From assembly GCF_001194135.2 (NCBI RefSeq), contig NC_068987.1:24517587-24581586 (forward strand): a stretch of 64,000 nucleotides of DNA, given 5' to 3'. Below are positions 61,331-64,000 of the stretch, in pieces. The notes beneath the pieces are model-generated. The model saw nothing but the letters and a program-made list of their open reading frames with translations, was not told where the DNA came from and did not search any database. The DNA comes from Octopus bimaculoides (lineage: Eukaryota). The translations under genes and the position numbers were made by a program. Numbering within the stretch: position 1 is the stretch's first letter; every line of letters starts with the position of its first letter.

Positions 61331-62899
61331 TTTTCATCAACTACAGTTTTCAGAAGCTCAATATTGACAGAACTTGGTGGTCCAGATCAAGGGGAATCTA
61401 CAAGAGAAGAGTTCCCTGGGTGAAACTGGGCAAAATATTGTTGGCATGTCTGGAAACTTAAAGCTTCATTTCCATAGAAGGAACAAAAATATCTTGCAGC
61501 TTCCATTGCTGAAGGGCCTCTTCTTAATTCATAGAAGCATGCAGTGTCTAATATGAGTCTGATCTAAACTCATTTTAAAAGTGTAAAATCAATATGAATT
61601 TAACCTCTGTGGTATAAAGTAATCTGCAAAAAAAGGAAAAGAAAAAAATTAGAATGTTAAAATTAATTTTCATTTTACTGTAAGTTTTTAAAAATTACCT
61701 TCGAAGTGATCATGAAAAAATGCAACAGAATTTTCCTTCCATCTTATTATTTAAATATTCTCATGATCTTTCAAATGACATACAGCTCAACTGCTGCTGG
61801 ACCTATTTTCTTGACAGCTATTAACAAATACACTACCTACATAATGATAATGTTTAGACAATATGTAAACAATTTAATGTCCATACAATGGGAAGACAGA
61901 AATACACACATTCACATACACATGCATGCATTTGATACTTCTTATTGAATGATCAACAAAAAATAATTTAATTTCTCTCAGACAACTTTTCTATATATGT
62001 GTATATATGTGTATATATATGTGTATATATGTGTATATATATATGAGTATATATATGTGTATATCTTATCTTATTTTTACTGGTTATCTTATCTTATTTT
62101 TATTGGTTCATTTGGTCTTCGTCTTCGCTAATCGTGCCATGNNNNNNNNNNNNNNNNNNNNNNNNNNNNNNNNNNNNNNNNNNNNNNNNNNNNNNNNNNN
62201 NNNNNNNNNNNNNNNNNNNNNNNNNNNNNNNNNNNNNNNNNNNNNNNNNNNNNNNNNNNNNNNNNNNNNNNNNNNNNNNNNNNNNNNNNNNNNNNNNNNN
62301 NNNNNNNNNNNNNNNNNNNNNNNNNNNNNNNNNNNNNNNNNNNNNNNNNNNNNNNNNNNNNNNNNNNNNNNNNNNNNNNNNNNNNNNNNNNNNNNNNNNN
62401 NNNNNNNNNNNNNNNNNNNNNNNNNNNNNNNNNNNNNNNNNNNNNNNATATATGTGCATATATTAATATATATCTGTATTTCACTATTAAAAGTGAAACT
62501 ATAATCTCACATTACATATATACATGCATACATACATGCATGCATACATACATACATACATACATACATATGTACACTAATCTATAGAGAGAGTGTTATT
62601 GATATCTCTATATTTACATCTTCCTCCAACCATTCATCTGTTAGTTGTGGTTTAATATTTGACATGACTCTCATCCCTATTGCACACAGATAGGAACAGA
62701 CAAACACGAAACTCATAGATTCAACTTCTCTGCTCCTTTTTTTAAAGTTCCTATTATTATTTTCTCTCTGCACTGATGAGTACTATGATAATTTTCAAAT
62801 TCAAATATGAATTCATATCTATGTACGAAACAATTGTATGCATGATTAAACTTCTTACAACTTTTTAACATCTTATATTCTCCATTTTAGACTTCTTTA

Positions 62900-63330
62900 T
62901 GTAGATGTTCTCATTCATATGCATCACATGTCCAAACCAATGTAGTCTTCTCTCTTGCATGCTACATTTGATTCCTCTTACGCCCAACTTTTCTCTCAAT
63001 ACATTTGCACTTTGTTGTACATATGCACTGATGTTTCACATCCAGTGGAGCATACTATCTTCATTTTTCTCCAGTCTATGCATGTCTTTTGCATTCAGAG
63101 CCCATGTCTCACTACCATGGAAAATAGCTGTTTGCACACAAGCATCATACAGTCAACCTTTCACTCTGAGAGAGAGCCCTTTTTTTGCCAACATAGGTTA
63201 TAGCTTTCTGAACTTCCTCCACCATATTCTTATTCTAGAAACAATACTTTCAGAACATCCTCCACCATTGCTAATTTGGTCACCTAGGCAACCAAAACTA
63301 CCCACAACCTCAAGAGATCCTCTTGGTCAT
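62900..63330 (-). mobile_element. RTE LINE C-terminal fragment
   Basis: Antisense of the RIRIWWRKFRKL...LKGKLYDAC...WNIS region. Confidence 0.8.
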
Positions 63331-64000
63331 TTGAGAGAATCTAAGTTCTGTGTGCTCTTAGTGCTTATTGTTCCTGCATGCATGCACACACACATGCAGG
63401 CATGCAGGCACGCATAAATATGTTAGGCATTAGGAAGGATATCCAGACATAGCAACCATGTTAAAACAAATACTGGAACTTGACACAGTCCTCTGATCTA
63501 TCTAATCCTGTCAAACCATCCTATGCTGTGAGACTGGACCTGAAACCACATGGCCATCATCATCAACATTCAACACCTGTGCTCCATGCTAGCATGGAAT
63601 GGACAGTTTGACAGGAACCAATGTGCTTAAGGACTGCAACATGTTCCAGTGTCTGTTTTGGGGTGATTTCTACAGTCGGATGCTCTTCATAATGCCAACC
63701 ACTTTACAGTGTGGACTGTGTACTTTGTTCATGTCATCTGCACTATTGAGATTGCCATGCAGCTCTCAGAATTTCAAATCCTGGGGTGGGGGCCCAGCTT
63801 CATGCTAGGGGATGAGGGGTTTGATCTATAAGAAGGGGAGTGGGGGATTTGCATGGCATCTCACATCTAGGAGGGAAAAGAGAGAGAGAAAGAGAAAACA
63901 AACAGTAGCAGCTGAAAGTGAAAGGTAATGGTGATGAGGCGCCTAAACTGTAGTCATGGCTGTGTAGTTAAGAAGTTTGCTTTGCATTCGTGTGGTTTTT

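Overview
AT-rich, gap-containing eukaryotic genomic window, most likely from an octopus. This is an inference from the C2H2-ZNF cluster, RTE LINEs with (GAT)n tails and CORE/Meta-type SINEs. Host genes: three single-coding-exon C2H2 zinc-finger genes (2.4-3.4 kb +, 9.1-10.1 kb +, 16.3-17.1 kb -); a gap-interrupted orphan ORF with a possible death-fold N-terminus (25.1-25.9 kb +); FAM32A exons 2-4 (- strand, 40.6 to 32.2 kb); and the first coding exon of a GH27 alpha-N-acetylgalactosaminidase/alpha-galactosidase (58.8-59.0 kb +). The rest is dense, mostly decayed transposon sequence: RTE, CRE, CR1/L2-like, Tx1 and Penelope retroelements, a probable solo LTR, mariner and hAT transposons, Merlin-type MITEs and SINEs. 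The most striking structure is at 28.5-31.8 kb. A 346-bp tandem unit carries a Penelope-type minimal hammerhead ribozyme motif and is preceded by an inverted partial copy, with a 13-bp target-site duplication (TSD) around the whole block. A Tx1-like LINE is inserted, with a 17-bp TSD, 4 nt upstream of the second ribozyme, so the LINE is bracketed by two hammerheads. All calls were made by eye; no database searches were run.
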